Of a stretch of 64,000 bases of DNA, positions 29,318 through 38,342 are shown piece by piece. The position numbers and the translations under genes are program-made. Below the pieces are notes generated by a model. It worked only from the letters and a program-made list of their open reading frames with translations, searched no databases and had not been told where the DNA came from. Numbering within the stretch: the stretch's first letter is position 1; the number at the start of each line of letters is the position of its first letter. Origin of the DNA: Bacteroidales bacterium (GTDB lineage: Bacteria > Bacteroidota > Bacteroidia > Bacteroidales > UBA7960); NCBI GenBank assembly GCA_007134525.1, contig SLKR01000042.1:3672-67671 (forward strand), in the 5' to 3' direction.

Positions 29318-30061
29318 ATGCTGAGGTACGAACGAAAATATCTGGCTCCCAACTATCTTATGGATGATTTACGCAATCGTATCAAAGGTTTCGTAAGGGA
29401 AGACCTGTATGCAACGACCAACGGCAACGGATTACCCCAGTATACAGTAAGAAGCATATACTTTGACAGCCCCGACCTGGTTTGTTATCATGAAAAGATC
29501 GAGGGGCTGATGCAGAGAAGGAAATTAAGGGTCAGGGGCTATAATAATTACAGATCCGGGGATATGGTAGTTCTCGAGGTTAAAAGGAAGATAGGCAACA
29601 GGATAAAGAAGCACAGGGCAATGACAAGGTACAAAAACCTTGAAAAGCTGCTTAGCACCGGCAATTTCAATAAATACCTCGCAAGCGGGCTGTGCAACAG
29701 CAGGGAGCGGGACATTGAAGACGCAAAGAGGTTCTTCTTTCACTACAAGCTTAGACCATTTGCACCCACAACCCTGGTTACATATGACAGGGAGGCCTAT
29801 CATGGGAAACTGAATCCTGGTATTAGGATAACATTCGACAAGAACATAAGGAGCAGGAATTTCCCGCAGATGCATGAGTTATACTCAAACAACGATCTTC
29901 GTTATCTGTTCAAGAGCCATTTTATCCTGGAAATCAAGTATTTTGAAGAAAGTATGCCCGGCTGGGCAAAAAACATAGTTCATGAGTTCAAGCTTCGCCA
30001 TGAAGCCTTATCAAAGTATGTAATAGGTTTTGACGTAAACAGGACCTTTGCCCATTATTAA
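29318..30061 (+). CDS. VTC domain protein (triphosphate-tunnel, polyphosphate-polymerase type)
   Basis: N-terminal YERKYL tunnel motif. About 247 aa, Lys/Arg-rich. The ATG at 29318 lies 4 nt after the HlyD-like stop, and the ORF-track start at 29297 is a TTG. Confidence 0.7.
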   Translation: MLRYERKYLAPNYLMDDLRNRIKGFVREDLYATTNGNGLPQYTVRSIYFDSPDLVCYHEKIEGLMQRRKLRVRGYNNYRSGDMVVLEVKRKIGNRIKKHRAMTRYKNLEKLLSTGNFNKYLASGLCNSRERDIEDAKRFFFHYKLRPFAPTTLVTYDREAYHGKLNPGIRITFDKNIRSRNFPQMHELYSNNDLRYLFKSHFILEIKYFEESMPGWAKNIVHEFKLRHEALSKYVIGFDVNRTFAHY

Positions 30062-30078
30062 TTGTTTTTCTGGTATCC

Positions 30079-30753
30079 ATGGTAAATGACTTTTCTGATA
30101 TATTCACGCTGTCTATCAGCCTCAGGGACGTAATTCTTAACCTGCTTGTAGCCCTGCTCTGCGGTTCCATTGTCTCGCTTCTTTACAGGCACACCTACAA
30201 GGGGCTGAATTACTCGGCATCTTTTGCTGTTTCAATGATTATGCTAACCATGATCACCTCAATTGTGATAATGGTTATAGGTAATAACCTGGCAAGGGCA
30301 TTCGGCATGGTCGGGGCAATGTCAATAATCAGGTTCCGTACCGCAGTAAAGGACGCAACCGATATTATGTTCATCTTCTTTGCCCTTACCATAGGCCTTG
30401 CCGCTGGTGTAAAAATGTATGTGGTTGCAATATCGGGCACACTTTTTATAAGTTTTATATTTTTGATAATCAGCCAGCTGGATTTCGGACAGAAACAAAA
30501 GCGGGAATACCTGCTTCAGGTACTTGCTGATTCTGACAATGTTTCGGCAGGTGAGATTGACAAAGTGCTCAGACAGTTCAGCCGCAAATTCAAACTTGTA
30601 AATGTCAAGGCACTTGGAGAGGCAGGCAGTGAGCTTATGGAATACTCCTATCATGTATTCCTGAAAAATGACGACAGTGGAAACGTCCTGATCCTGGAAC
30701 TCAAGAAGATGACAAATGTCAAGAATGTCAATCTATTCTTTGATGAGAATTAA
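30079..30753 (+). CDS. DUF4956 family membrane protein
   Basis: Four TM helices with the conserved MSIIRFRTAVKDATD segment and a soluble C-terminal domain. The pairing with a VTC-domain gene is typical. Confidence 0.7.
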   Translation: MVNDFSDIFTLSISLRDVILNLLVALLCGSIVSLLYRHTYKGLNYSASFAVSMIMLTMITSIVIMVIGNNLARAFGMVGAMSIIRFRTAVKDATDIMFIFFALTIGLAAGVKMYVVAISGTLFISFIFLIISQLDFGQKQKREYLLQVLADSDNVSAGEIDKVLRQFSRKFKLVNVKALGEAGSELMEYSYHVFLKNDDSGNVLILELKKMTNVKNVNLFFDEN

Positions 30754-30768
30754 AAACCTTAATGGTTT

Positions 30769-33700
30769 ATGGGCTTATTTGCTTCAACAGGTTGGAAGTG
30801 CCGGATAATATACGGCACTATTCTGGCACTCTTTGCTCTGCCCTTAGTAGTAAATGCTCACAGAGACGGTGACAGAACTGTTAATCAGCCACCCGACCCT
30901 GTTTTCTCGCATAATGGGGGATTCTATAACAATGCTTTTGAGTTGTCCGTTGAGGTGGATACTGCCGGGGCATCATACTCCATTGATGAACTTGAGATAA
31001 GGTACACAACAGACGGCAGCATACCGTTACCTGACAGTCACCTGTACACTTTACCCATTGAGATTACAGACCGTGAAAGTGATCCAAACGTACTTTCACT
31101 CATACCAACAAATACTATACAGCCCGGCCCGCTGAACAACCACTGGGAAGAACCCCGGGGTAATGTATTCAAGATAAACACAATTCGTGCAAGGATATTT
31201 GCCACTGACGGAAGTGCAGGCAGAACAGTGACCCATTCGTACCTGGTAGATGCCGGTGGCAGCACCCGTTACTCAATGCCGGTGGTGTCCCTTGCAAGCC
31301 ATCAGGGAGCATTCTTTTCACCAGATTCAGGTATATACGTTCCCGGCCATCATCAGAACTACAACCAAAGAGGCCGTGACTGGGAAAGACTTGTCCATGC
31401 AGAGTTCTTTGAAAAAGACGGGGCAAGGGCATTTGCACAAAACGTGGGCATAAGGATCCATGGGGGCACAAGCCGCCACAACCACCAGAAGTCCATGAGA
31501 CTATATGCCCGCAGCGACTATGGAGATTCGTGGATCGACTATTCTGTGTTTCCTGACAAGGAGATCAACAGATACAAGCGTCTGCTGCTCAGGAACAGCG
31601 GCAACGACTATAACGGAACTCTTTTCAGGGATGCCTTCATGCAGTCTCTGCTAAGGGACCTGAAACTTGACATTCAGTATTCACGTGCGGTAATAGTATT
31701 CCTTAACGGTGAATACTGGGGTATACATAATATCCGTGACAGGCTGGATGACCGATATCTGCAAACACATTACGGAATTGAAAATGACGAGGATTATACC
31801 ATACTTGAGCTCAATGCCAGACTCGACAGTGGCGACCCTGCCGGCATAAGGCACTACAATGATATGTTAAGGTTCCTGGAGGAAGACGGGGTTATTGACA
31901 GGGAGAATTATGAGAAGCTCGGTACTATGATGGATATCGAAAACTTCGCCACCTACCAGATCGCAAACATCTATGTGATGAATACCGATTGGCCCGGGAA
32001 CAATATCCAGTACTGGAGGGCAAACAGTGATTATGACCCGGATGCCCCTTACGGCCTGGACGGCAGGTGGAGATGGCAGGTGTTTGACATGGATTTCGGG
32101 TTCGGACTGTTTTACAACTACGTGCCGGGTTTTCTTGACATGTCGGCACATAACACCCTGCAGTTTGCCCTTGCACCAAACGGGCCTGCCTGGCCAAATC
32201 CCCCATGGTCAACATTTCTTTTCAGGAAACTTAATGAAAATGAATCATTCCGGAACTATTTCGCCATACGTTTCGCCGACCTTTTGAACACTGCTTTCAG
32301 GGAGGATGTAGTTTCAAAGCGGCTGGAGGAATTCAGGGATTTATACAGGCCGGAGATAGCCGAGCACATTCATCGCTGGGGTAAGCCGGGCAGCATAGAT
32401 CGTTTTGAATCAGCTGTGAAAAGGATGAATGATTTCGGAGGGCAGAGGCCAAAGCATATGCGCCGGCATCTTGCCGAAGAATACAGGCTGGGCCCCGCTG
32501 CAGGTCTAAACATCATGATACTCCATCCGGACCAGGGAAATATCAGGGTAAACACAGTTGAGGTCGGGCAGAGTGAAGAACAGTGGTCTGGTATTTACTT
32601 TGAGGGCATGAAGATGGAGCTTGAGGCACTTCCTGTACCTGGTTACCGTTTCAGCCACTGGGAGGGAGTAAGTAATAAATCCTCCACCAGGACAAACTTT
32701 ATATTTGAGGGCGAAACCGATATTGCAGCATACTTCCAGGACGCCCTCCTGCATTTCTGGCACTTCAATAATCTGCCCGAAGGTGAAATAATGGCCGTTG
32801 AGGCTGATTTCAGCGCCAATGAAGGGGCCGTGATAACATATCCGGGCCAGGGCGAAGGGTATATGGACCGCACAGACGGCATCCTGCTAAATTCACATTT
32901 GCAGGCACCGGCTGGTTACGGACTCAGGGTGCGTAACCCTTCAGATACAAGGGAGCTGATCCTGGAAACCCCTTCAACAGGTTACAGGGATATAGTCCTG
33001 TCCTTCGCCCTGAGGCGAACGGCAAATGGCGCAAGGCAGCAGGCAGTTTATTACTCGACCGACGGAGGAGAAAACTGGACACATATGGGCGAGATTTACA
33101 GCATCGAAGAGGAATATGCTGTTCACAGCTTTGATCTCAGCGAAAAAGAAGAAGTAAACGATAACCCTGAGCTACAGTTCAGGATAGTGTTTAAAGGAGA
33201 AGAGGCGGGCAATGCAGATGGCAACAACCGTTTTGACAATATTGCAGTCAGCGGTATATCGGCCGAAATAAAGCTCAGCCATTACCAGCCTGCGGAAGGC
33301 TTTGAGAATGAAAAGTACCGGGGGCATTACTTCACAACATCAGGGGGGGCACCCCCCTATCAATATGAAATAGTTTCAGGAGAGCTCCCGCAAGGCATGA
33401 TACTGGGTTCAGGCGGGTTTCTCTCAGGCACACCCTCGGAAAACGGTACCTTCATGTTTGCTGTTAGATCAACTGATTCGGAGGGTAATGAAGCCAAAAG
33501 GGATTACACCCTGGAGATAAATTTCATGGCACTGATTCATTTCTGGCACTTCAACAATCTGCCTGAGGGAAACCTTTCCCTTGTTGAGTCAGATTTCTCC
33601 ATTGGGGGTGGGAAGGCTGGTATTACATATCCCGGGACAGGGGCGGGCTATATGGACCGTACCGACGGAAGCCTGCTAAACATCAGGTTAGGCTACGGTG

Positions 33701-34344
33701 CAGGCTATGGCCTCAGGGTAAGGAATCCTTCCGATACAAGAGAGCTGGTGATAGCAGCACCATCGACCGAATATGAAAATCTGAGGTTTTCATTTGCAGT
33801 TCATCGAACAGCAAACGGTGCGTGGCAACAGAGGCTGTATTACTCTCCTGACCTTGGAAGCAACTGGACAATGATAGATGAGTCATACGGGATAGGGATG
33901 GACTATGATATCCTTGAGTTTGACCTCTCGGATTACAAAGAGGTTAACAATAACCCTGATCTGAAGCTGAAAATAGAGTTTATGGGAGAGGAAGCCTCAG
34001 GTGATACGGGCAATAACCGGTTTGACAATATTTCCCTGGAAGGGTTAAGGTACAATGTGCCCGCCGGTGAAATCCCGCATAACACATCAAGTCTGGGACA
34101 GAATTATCCAAACCCCGTTACCAGTCTTACAACTATACCGGTAGGGCTCAAACAGGGCGGAAGGGTAAGGATTGATATTTTCAGCTCCAGAGGCATACAC
34201 ATTGCCAATATAGTTGATTTAAAGCTAAGTCCTGGCGATCATGAATTTGTTTTTGACGCCAGCCGGCTAAAAACAGGCATATATATCTACCGGATGCAGA
34301 GCCCGGGAATGGTCCAGAGCCGCCGGATGATCATTGTCAATTAA
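30769..34344 (+). CDS. CotH kinase-family protein, secreted, T9SS cargo (CotH-1)
   Basis: Signal peptide present. Chitobiase/Fn3-associated-like N-domain. CotH core (RIHGGTSRHNHQKSMRLYAR...LLLRNSGND). Then two copies of a 172-aa module flanking an Ig-like domain. Ends in a T9SS C-terminal domain. Confidence 0.8.
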   Translation: MGLFASTGWKCRIIYGTILALFALPLVVNAHRDGDRTVNQPPDPVFSHNGGFYNNAFELSVEVDTAGASYSIDELEIRYTTDGSIPLPDSHLYTLPIEITDRESDPNVLSLIPTNTIQPGPLNNHWEEPRGNVFKINTIRARIFATDGSAGRTVTHSYLVDAGGSTRYSMPVVSLASHQGAFFSPDSGIYVPGHHQNYNQRGRDWERLVHAEFFEKDGARAFAQNVGIRIHGGTSRHNHQKSMRLYARSDYGDSWIDYSVFPDKEINRYKRLLLRNSGNDYNGTLFRDAFMQSLLRDLKLDIQYSRAVIVFLNGEYWGIHNIRDRLDDRYLQTHYGIENDEDYTILELNARLDSGDPAGIRHYNDMLRFLEEDGVIDRENYEKLGTMMDIENFATYQIANIYVMNTDWPGNNIQYWRANSDYDPDAPYGLDGRWRWQVFDMDFGFGLFYNYVPGFLDMSAHNTLQFALAPNGPAWPNPPWSTFLFRKLNENESFRNYFAIRFADLLNTAFREDVVSKRLEEFRDLYRPEIAEHIHRWGKPGSIDRFESAVKRMNDFGGQRPKHMRRHLAEEYRLGPAAGLNIMILHPDQGNIRVNTVEVGQSEEQWSGIYFEGMKMELEALPVPGYRFSHWEGVSNKSSTRTNFIFEGETDIAAYFQDALLHFWHFNNLPEGEIMAVEADFSANEGAVITYPGQGEGYMDRTDGILLNSHLQAPAGYGLRVRNPSDTRELILETPSTGYRDIVLSFALRRTANGARQQAVYYSTDGGENWTHMGEIYSIEEEYAVHSFDLSEKEEVNDNPELQFRIVFKGEEAGNADGNNRFDNIAVSGISAEIKLSHYQPAEGFENEKYRGHYFTTSGGAPPYQYEIVSGELPQGMILGSGGFLSGTPSENGTFMFAVRSTDSEGNEAKRDYTLEINFMALIHFWHFNNLPEGNLSLVESDFSIGGGKAGITYPGTGAGYMDRTDGSLLNIRLGYGAGYGLRVRNPSDTRELVIAAPSTEYENLRFSFAVHRTANGAWQQRLYYSPDLGSNWTMIDESYGIGMDYDILEFDLSDYKEVNNNPDLKLKIEFMGEEASGDTGNNRFDNISLEGLRYNVPAGEIPHNTSSLGQNYPNPVTSLTTIPVGLKQGGRVRIDIFSSRGIHIANIVDLKLSPGDHEFVFDASRLKTGIYIYRMQSPGMVQSRRMIIVN
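32740..33255 (+). repeat. CotH-1 internal module copy A1 (about 172 aa)
   Basis: LLHFWHFNNLPEG...GYGLRVRNPSDTRELI...RRTANGARQQAVYYSTDGGENW...NNRFDNIAVSG. This module recurs at 33529-34053 and twice in CotH-2. Confidence 0.8.
33529..34053 (+). repeat. CotH-1 internal module copy A2 (about 175 aa)
   Basis: LIHFWHFNNLPEG...GYGLRVRNPSDTRELV...HRTANGAWQQRLYYSPDLGSNW...NNRFDNISLEG. Confidence 0.8.
34102..34341 (+). other. T9SS C-terminal sorting domain of CotH-1
   Basis: NYPNPVTSLTTI...GIYIYRMQSPGMVQSRRMIIVN. The pattern is typical of Por-secretion CTDs. Confidence 0.75.
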
Positions 34345-37300
34345 CCAGGATAAAAGATCCTTGCATACCTGCCATCTTCAGTCCTGAGTATGTAGTAACC
34401 GGGAGATAATACCGGAAGATGCAGTATGCCGGAATTTTCCCAACGGGTTATAAGTCTTCCGCTGGTGTCGAAAAGGCTGATGTTTTCCTCTTTAAGCAGG
34501 TAAATGGTTCTGCCGGTTACAGGGTTTGGATATACAAACAGCTCTTCCCTCCCACCCGCACCGGGATCAGCGAAGCCTTTCAACACTATGTTGTCAAAAC
34601 GGTTATTGCCACTCTGCCCTGCCGATTCAGGCCCCAGGAAAAAGATCCTGAACATAAGGGAGGGGTTATCTCCGGCATTTTCAAGATCTCTGAGATCAAA
34701 TGTCTGCACCTGGTAATCAGTAGTTATCCTGTAGGGAGGCCCCACACTCTCCCAGTTTAAACCCCCATCGGCTGAATATTGAAGTAACTGCCACCCTGCC
34801 CCGTTGGATGTACGGTGCACTGCATATGACAACCACAGGTGATCAAAACCGGTGCTGGATGCAGAGAACCGTAGTTCTCGCCTGTTTGAAGGGTTTCTCA
34901 CCCTTAGGCCGTAACCAGCTGAAACTCCTGACCGGCTGTTGAGTTCGCTTCCTTCGACCCTGTCAATCCATGCGTCACCCTCTCCGGGATAGCAGATATA
35001 GGCAATTTCTTTACCGGCACTGTAATCGGCAAAAATAGTATCGGGCGAACCTCCATCCATGTCATTGAAGTGCCAGAAATGAACAAGATCATCTCCGAAA
35101 ACCCTTATCCTGAAACTCCTGCGCGAATATTGCTTCTCTGCATCCCTTACTTCCACCTCAAAGGAATAGCTCCCTTCATTTGCGGGTTTCCCGGTTATAT
35201 GGCCCCCATCAGACAGCTGCAACCCTTTTGGCAAACTTCCAGAAACGACCTCATAAATGAATGGGGCTTCCCCATAGGCGGCTTCAAGCCGGGCAAGGTA
35301 ATCTGAACCTTTCTTTCCCGGGGGGAGTAATGTATGCCTGAAGCCAAGCCTCTCTTCACTGACAGAAATATTGTCGAATACAGCTCCTGTGCCATCCTTA
35401 TCTGAATTTGACACACTCAGCTCTATCTTTACCATTAGGTCGGGGTTATTTGCGGTCCAGCCTATACCTGCAAGTTTGTTCTCATAAAGCCTGTACTCTG
35501 TGGTCAGCATTACTTTGGGATTAATCAGTTCCCAGTTTTTGCCTCCGTCAGGAGAAACATATACTGATTTGAGTATTTTTCCACTACCCAGGACCTTTGC
35601 GGCATATGAGAAATTTAGGTTTTTGTGTCCTGTGGTCGGAGTGGAAAATATAATTTCACTGCTTCCCTGCCCTCCCTTAACAAGTAAAGCCCGGCCGCTT
35701 CCGGATCCGCGGCGTTCATTAATTTGCGAGCCGTCATCAACAACCCTTAAATTGCCTGCTGCTCCGGTGATCAGAAATGCGTCAGGATAAAAAAGGCTGT
35801 GATCTGCAATAACAGTGTCAGGGGCATAACTTTCTGTGAGGCTGTTGAAATCCCAGTAATGCAGTAGTCCGTCCCTGAATACCGCCGTAATACTGGTATC
35901 GCCCTTAAGGTCAATACTGGTACGGGCCGGACTGCCTCCGGGCAACCCGATCCAGTGGCTGAAGATCATTCCCTCACCCGGTATTGCTTCCACTTCTACA
36001 GGCACGCCCTTAAAATATATCCCCTCCCAATTTGCCGGATCCTTCACACCGGAAAGTTCGCCGCTTATCTCAATACTGTTTATTCTTATTCTTCCCCTTG
36101 CAGGATCGGTATTCAGATTTACCCTGGCGGTACCGGGCAAGTCAAATAGATCCATTATCTCCCCTCTTTGAAGGCCGGGACGTCTTTTAATAAAGTCCCT
36201 TATATGAGAGCTGCCCTCCACCGGATTAACCCCCCAGCGGTCCATGTCGTGCAGAGCTTCACCTATTACGGCCTGAAGTCTGTTATCAAGAAGAGCTGCT
36301 CCATGTGAGGGCAGAAAATCGGAATTCATCATATCTGCAAAACGATTTATGAAGTTTCGCCTGAATTTCTCATTCTCCATCATACCCAACAGCATTGCAG
36401 ATGCCTCTGCTGAAGGATCCATGACATCTGTAAGTAGCATGTAATTAACATCTGTAAAGGCATTGTCAAGATCCCAGACCAAAACCCTCCACTTGCCATC
36501 CTTAAAAGGGTCAGGGGCAGTTTCCCTGACCCTCCAGAGGCGAAAATGCTTGCTGCCTGGGTTATCCCTACCTCCCCAGTCGGCATTGGCCAGATATATC
36601 ATGCCAATGTAGTAATCAATATAGCTGTCGATATCAAGTTTTGTAGCAAGAAGGCCGAACTTCTCATTATCTGCCATATCATTCCCGGTAATGAAACCAT
36701 ACATTTGGTCAAAAAAACCGGCATCCTCCTGCCGGCCTTCCTCAATCTGATGATAGTCAACAGGCCTGTATGGAGAGTTTAGGATTATTACATTATCCGG
36801 GTCAATATCATACTCATATGCAATATGATACCTGTCCTGGCGATCCCTTATGTTAACCAGACCCCAGTAGACCCCGTTAATAAAATGCACTGCCGGAAAT
36901 GCCCTCTGCACACCGACATTCATACCGGCCATCATATCCTGTGCAACAACATCCCTGATCACCTGTGTTGCATTGCCCCCGCTTCTCAGCAAAATGCGCT
37001 TGAAAACATCTGAATCCCCTTCAACAGGCCCGGGCCGGCCAAGGCCTGGAAAGAAAACATGCCTGATATCGTTTTCCGTATCATAAATGTTACGGGCATA
37101 CAACCTCAGAGACTTTTTCCTGTTTGAGCGGCTCCAACCTCCATGTATCCTGATACCAAGGCCCTGCTTAAATTCAAGCTCCCCACGGGGGCTAAACAGC
37201 TCAATGTGGGCCTCCCTTTCCCAGTCAGGACCGCGGTATCCCCAATTTGCCGGGGCAGCCGGCCAAACTGGGTCGGCAGGATTATTTTCCCGCCAGGTAT

Positions 37301-38339
37301 CAAAGGCCCTGCCAGCAACATAAATCCCCCGGTAATAGTCAAAAAGAGAGGTATCGGGCAGACTGACCGATATTACAGGCAGTCCGAAACGTTCATGAAC
37401 CATCTTGCCTACCAGGTAAGTATTGGTTACCACAGGGCTTGGCAGATAACCCTCGCTGAAAGCCCTTGCCCTGACAATTCTGGCCCGCATCACATCTCCT
37501 GCAGGAAGCTCTGGCTGCGGTGTGAATGATGTATTTATACCGGCAATACCTTCTCCAGCACTCATTTCACCAATAAGTACAGGGTTTATGTATGGGTGAG
37601 ACTGAAAAAAGCCTTCTGCGAAAGGGGCCGGGCTGTCATGCGGGTGCATGGGATACCCATTCTTATACTGAAAAGTGCTTCCCGCGGTATTTAAAGGGTC
37701 AGGGACAGATCCGTCAAGTGTAAAATATATCCTGGCCCCTTTTTCAGCTTCAAGCCCAAGCATGAAGGAGGCAGAATAAAAACCCCCTTCATGGGTAAAA
37801 CCCGGGGGTTCAAGGATGTCTTTGTATGCTGCACCTGTATTCGGGGCTCCGGGCGTAGGCCTGTCAAAGAAATACCACTCTTTTCCCTCTCCCGGTTTAC
37901 GGCCTATGGAAATATCAGTTGGTATACTGGTCGGCTCCAGCAAGTCAATCATCTCCCCTCCTGGACCAGAAATAAGAACCTCCTCCCCACTGGTGTCGAT
38001 CGAGAAAATGGTGTGAAGTGAATATTTATCCTCTTTCCGGTTTTTTCCTGATGCCCATACCAGCAGATATTCATCAGGCTCTATGATAACATCTGGAAAG
38101 GTCCACCTGAAAGGATCATTAAAATTGTCTGACAAACCAAAGCCCTTTAGGTTCAATGACTGACCCCCAAAATTGTGGATCTCTATCCAGTCGGAGAAGT
38201 CTCCGTCCTCATCACTTATGGTTGATGAGTTGGAGGCCATTACCTCGTTTATCATTATATCCTGCGGGAGAGTGCGCAAGGGAAGGCCCAGCACAAAAAC
38301 CAAAAGAAGGGTCAGGCTATTTCCATACATATTGAACAT
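34341..38339 (-). CDS. CotH kinase-family protein with N-terminal lamin-tail domain, secreted, T9SS cargo (CotH-2)
   Basis: Signal peptide present. LTD-like segment (IMINEVMASN...DWIEIHN...EYLLVWASG). CotH core (IRIHGGWSRSNRKKSLRLYAR...ILLRSGGN). Same module-Ig-module-CTD tail as CotH-1. Confidence 0.8.
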   Translation of the reverse strand: MFNMYGNSLTLLLVFVLGLPLRTLPQDIMINEVMASNSSTISDEDGDFSDWIEIHNFGGQSLNLKGFGLSDNFNDPFRWTFPDVIIEPDEYLLVWASGKNRKEDKYSLHTIFSIDTSGEEVLISGPGGEMIDLLEPTSIPTDISIGRKPGEGKEWYFFDRPTPGAPNTGAAYKDILEPPGFTHEGGFYSASFMLGLEAEKGARIYFTLDGSVPDPLNTAGSTFQYKNGYPMHPHDSPAPFAEGFFQSHPYINPVLIGEMSAGEGIAGINTSFTPQPELPAGDVMRARIVRARAFSEGYLPSPVVTNTYLVGKMVHERFGLPVISVSLPDTSLFDYYRGIYVAGRAFDTWRENNPADPVWPAAPANWGYRGPDWEREAHIELFSPRGELEFKQGLGIRIHGGWSRSNRKKSLRLYARNIYDTENDIRHVFFPGLGRPGPVEGDSDVFKRILLRSGGNATQVIRDVVAQDMMAGMNVGVQRAFPAVHFINGVYWGLVNIRDRQDRYHIAYEYDIDPDNVIILNSPYRPVDYHQIEEGRQEDAGFFDQMYGFITGNDMADNEKFGLLATKLDIDSYIDYYIGMIYLANADWGGRDNPGSKHFRLWRVRETAPDPFKDGKWRVLVWDLDNAFTDVNYMLLTDVMDPSAEASAMLLGMMENEKFRRNFINRFADMMNSDFLPSHGAALLDNRLQAVIGEALHDMDRWGVNPVEGSSHIRDFIKRRPGLQRGEIMDLFDLPGTARVNLNTDPARGRIRINSIEISGELSGVKDPANWEGIYFKGVPVEVEAIPGEGMIFSHWIGLPGGSPARTSIDLKGDTSITAVFRDGLLHYWDFNSLTESYAPDTVIADHSLFYPDAFLITGAAGNLRVVDDGSQINERRGSGSGRALLVKGGQGSSEIIFSTPTTGHKNLNFSYAAKVLGSGKILKSVYVSPDGGKNWELINPKVMLTTEYRLYENKLAGIGWTANNPDLMVKIELSVSNSDKDGTGAVFDNISVSEERLGFRHTLLPPGKKGSDYLARLEAAYGEAPFIYEVVSGSLPKGLQLSDGGHITGKPANEGSYSFEVEVRDAEKQYSRRSFRIRVFGDDLVHFWHFNDMDGGSPDTIFADYSAGKEIAYICYPGEGDAWIDRVEGSELNSRSGVSAGYGLRVRNPSNRRELRFSASSTGFDHLWLSYAVHRTSNGAGWQLLQYSADGGLNWESVGPPYRITTDYQVQTFDLRDLENAGDNPSLMFRIFFLGPESAGQSGNNRFDNIVLKGFADPGAGGREELFVYPNPVTGRTIYLLKEENISLFDTSGRLITRWENSGILHLPVLSPGYYILRTEDGRYARIFYPG
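34344..34560 (-). other. T9SS C-terminal sorting domain of CotH-2
   Basis: LFVYPNPVTGRTIYLL...GYYILRTEDGRYARIFYPG. Confidence 0.7.
34575..35092 (-). repeat. CotH-2 internal module copy B2
   Basis: LVHFWHFNDMDGG...GYGLRVRNPSNRRELR...HRTSNGAGWQLLQYSADGGLNW...NNRFDNIVLKG. This is a close relative of A1 and A2. Confidence 0.8.
35353..35873 (-). repeat. CotH-2 internal module copy B1 (divergent)
   Basis: LLHYWDFNSLTES...SVYVSPDGGKNW...AVFDNISVSEE. It has the same order of conserved blocks as the other three copies but is more diverged. Confidence 0.65.
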
Positions 38340-38342
38340 ATT

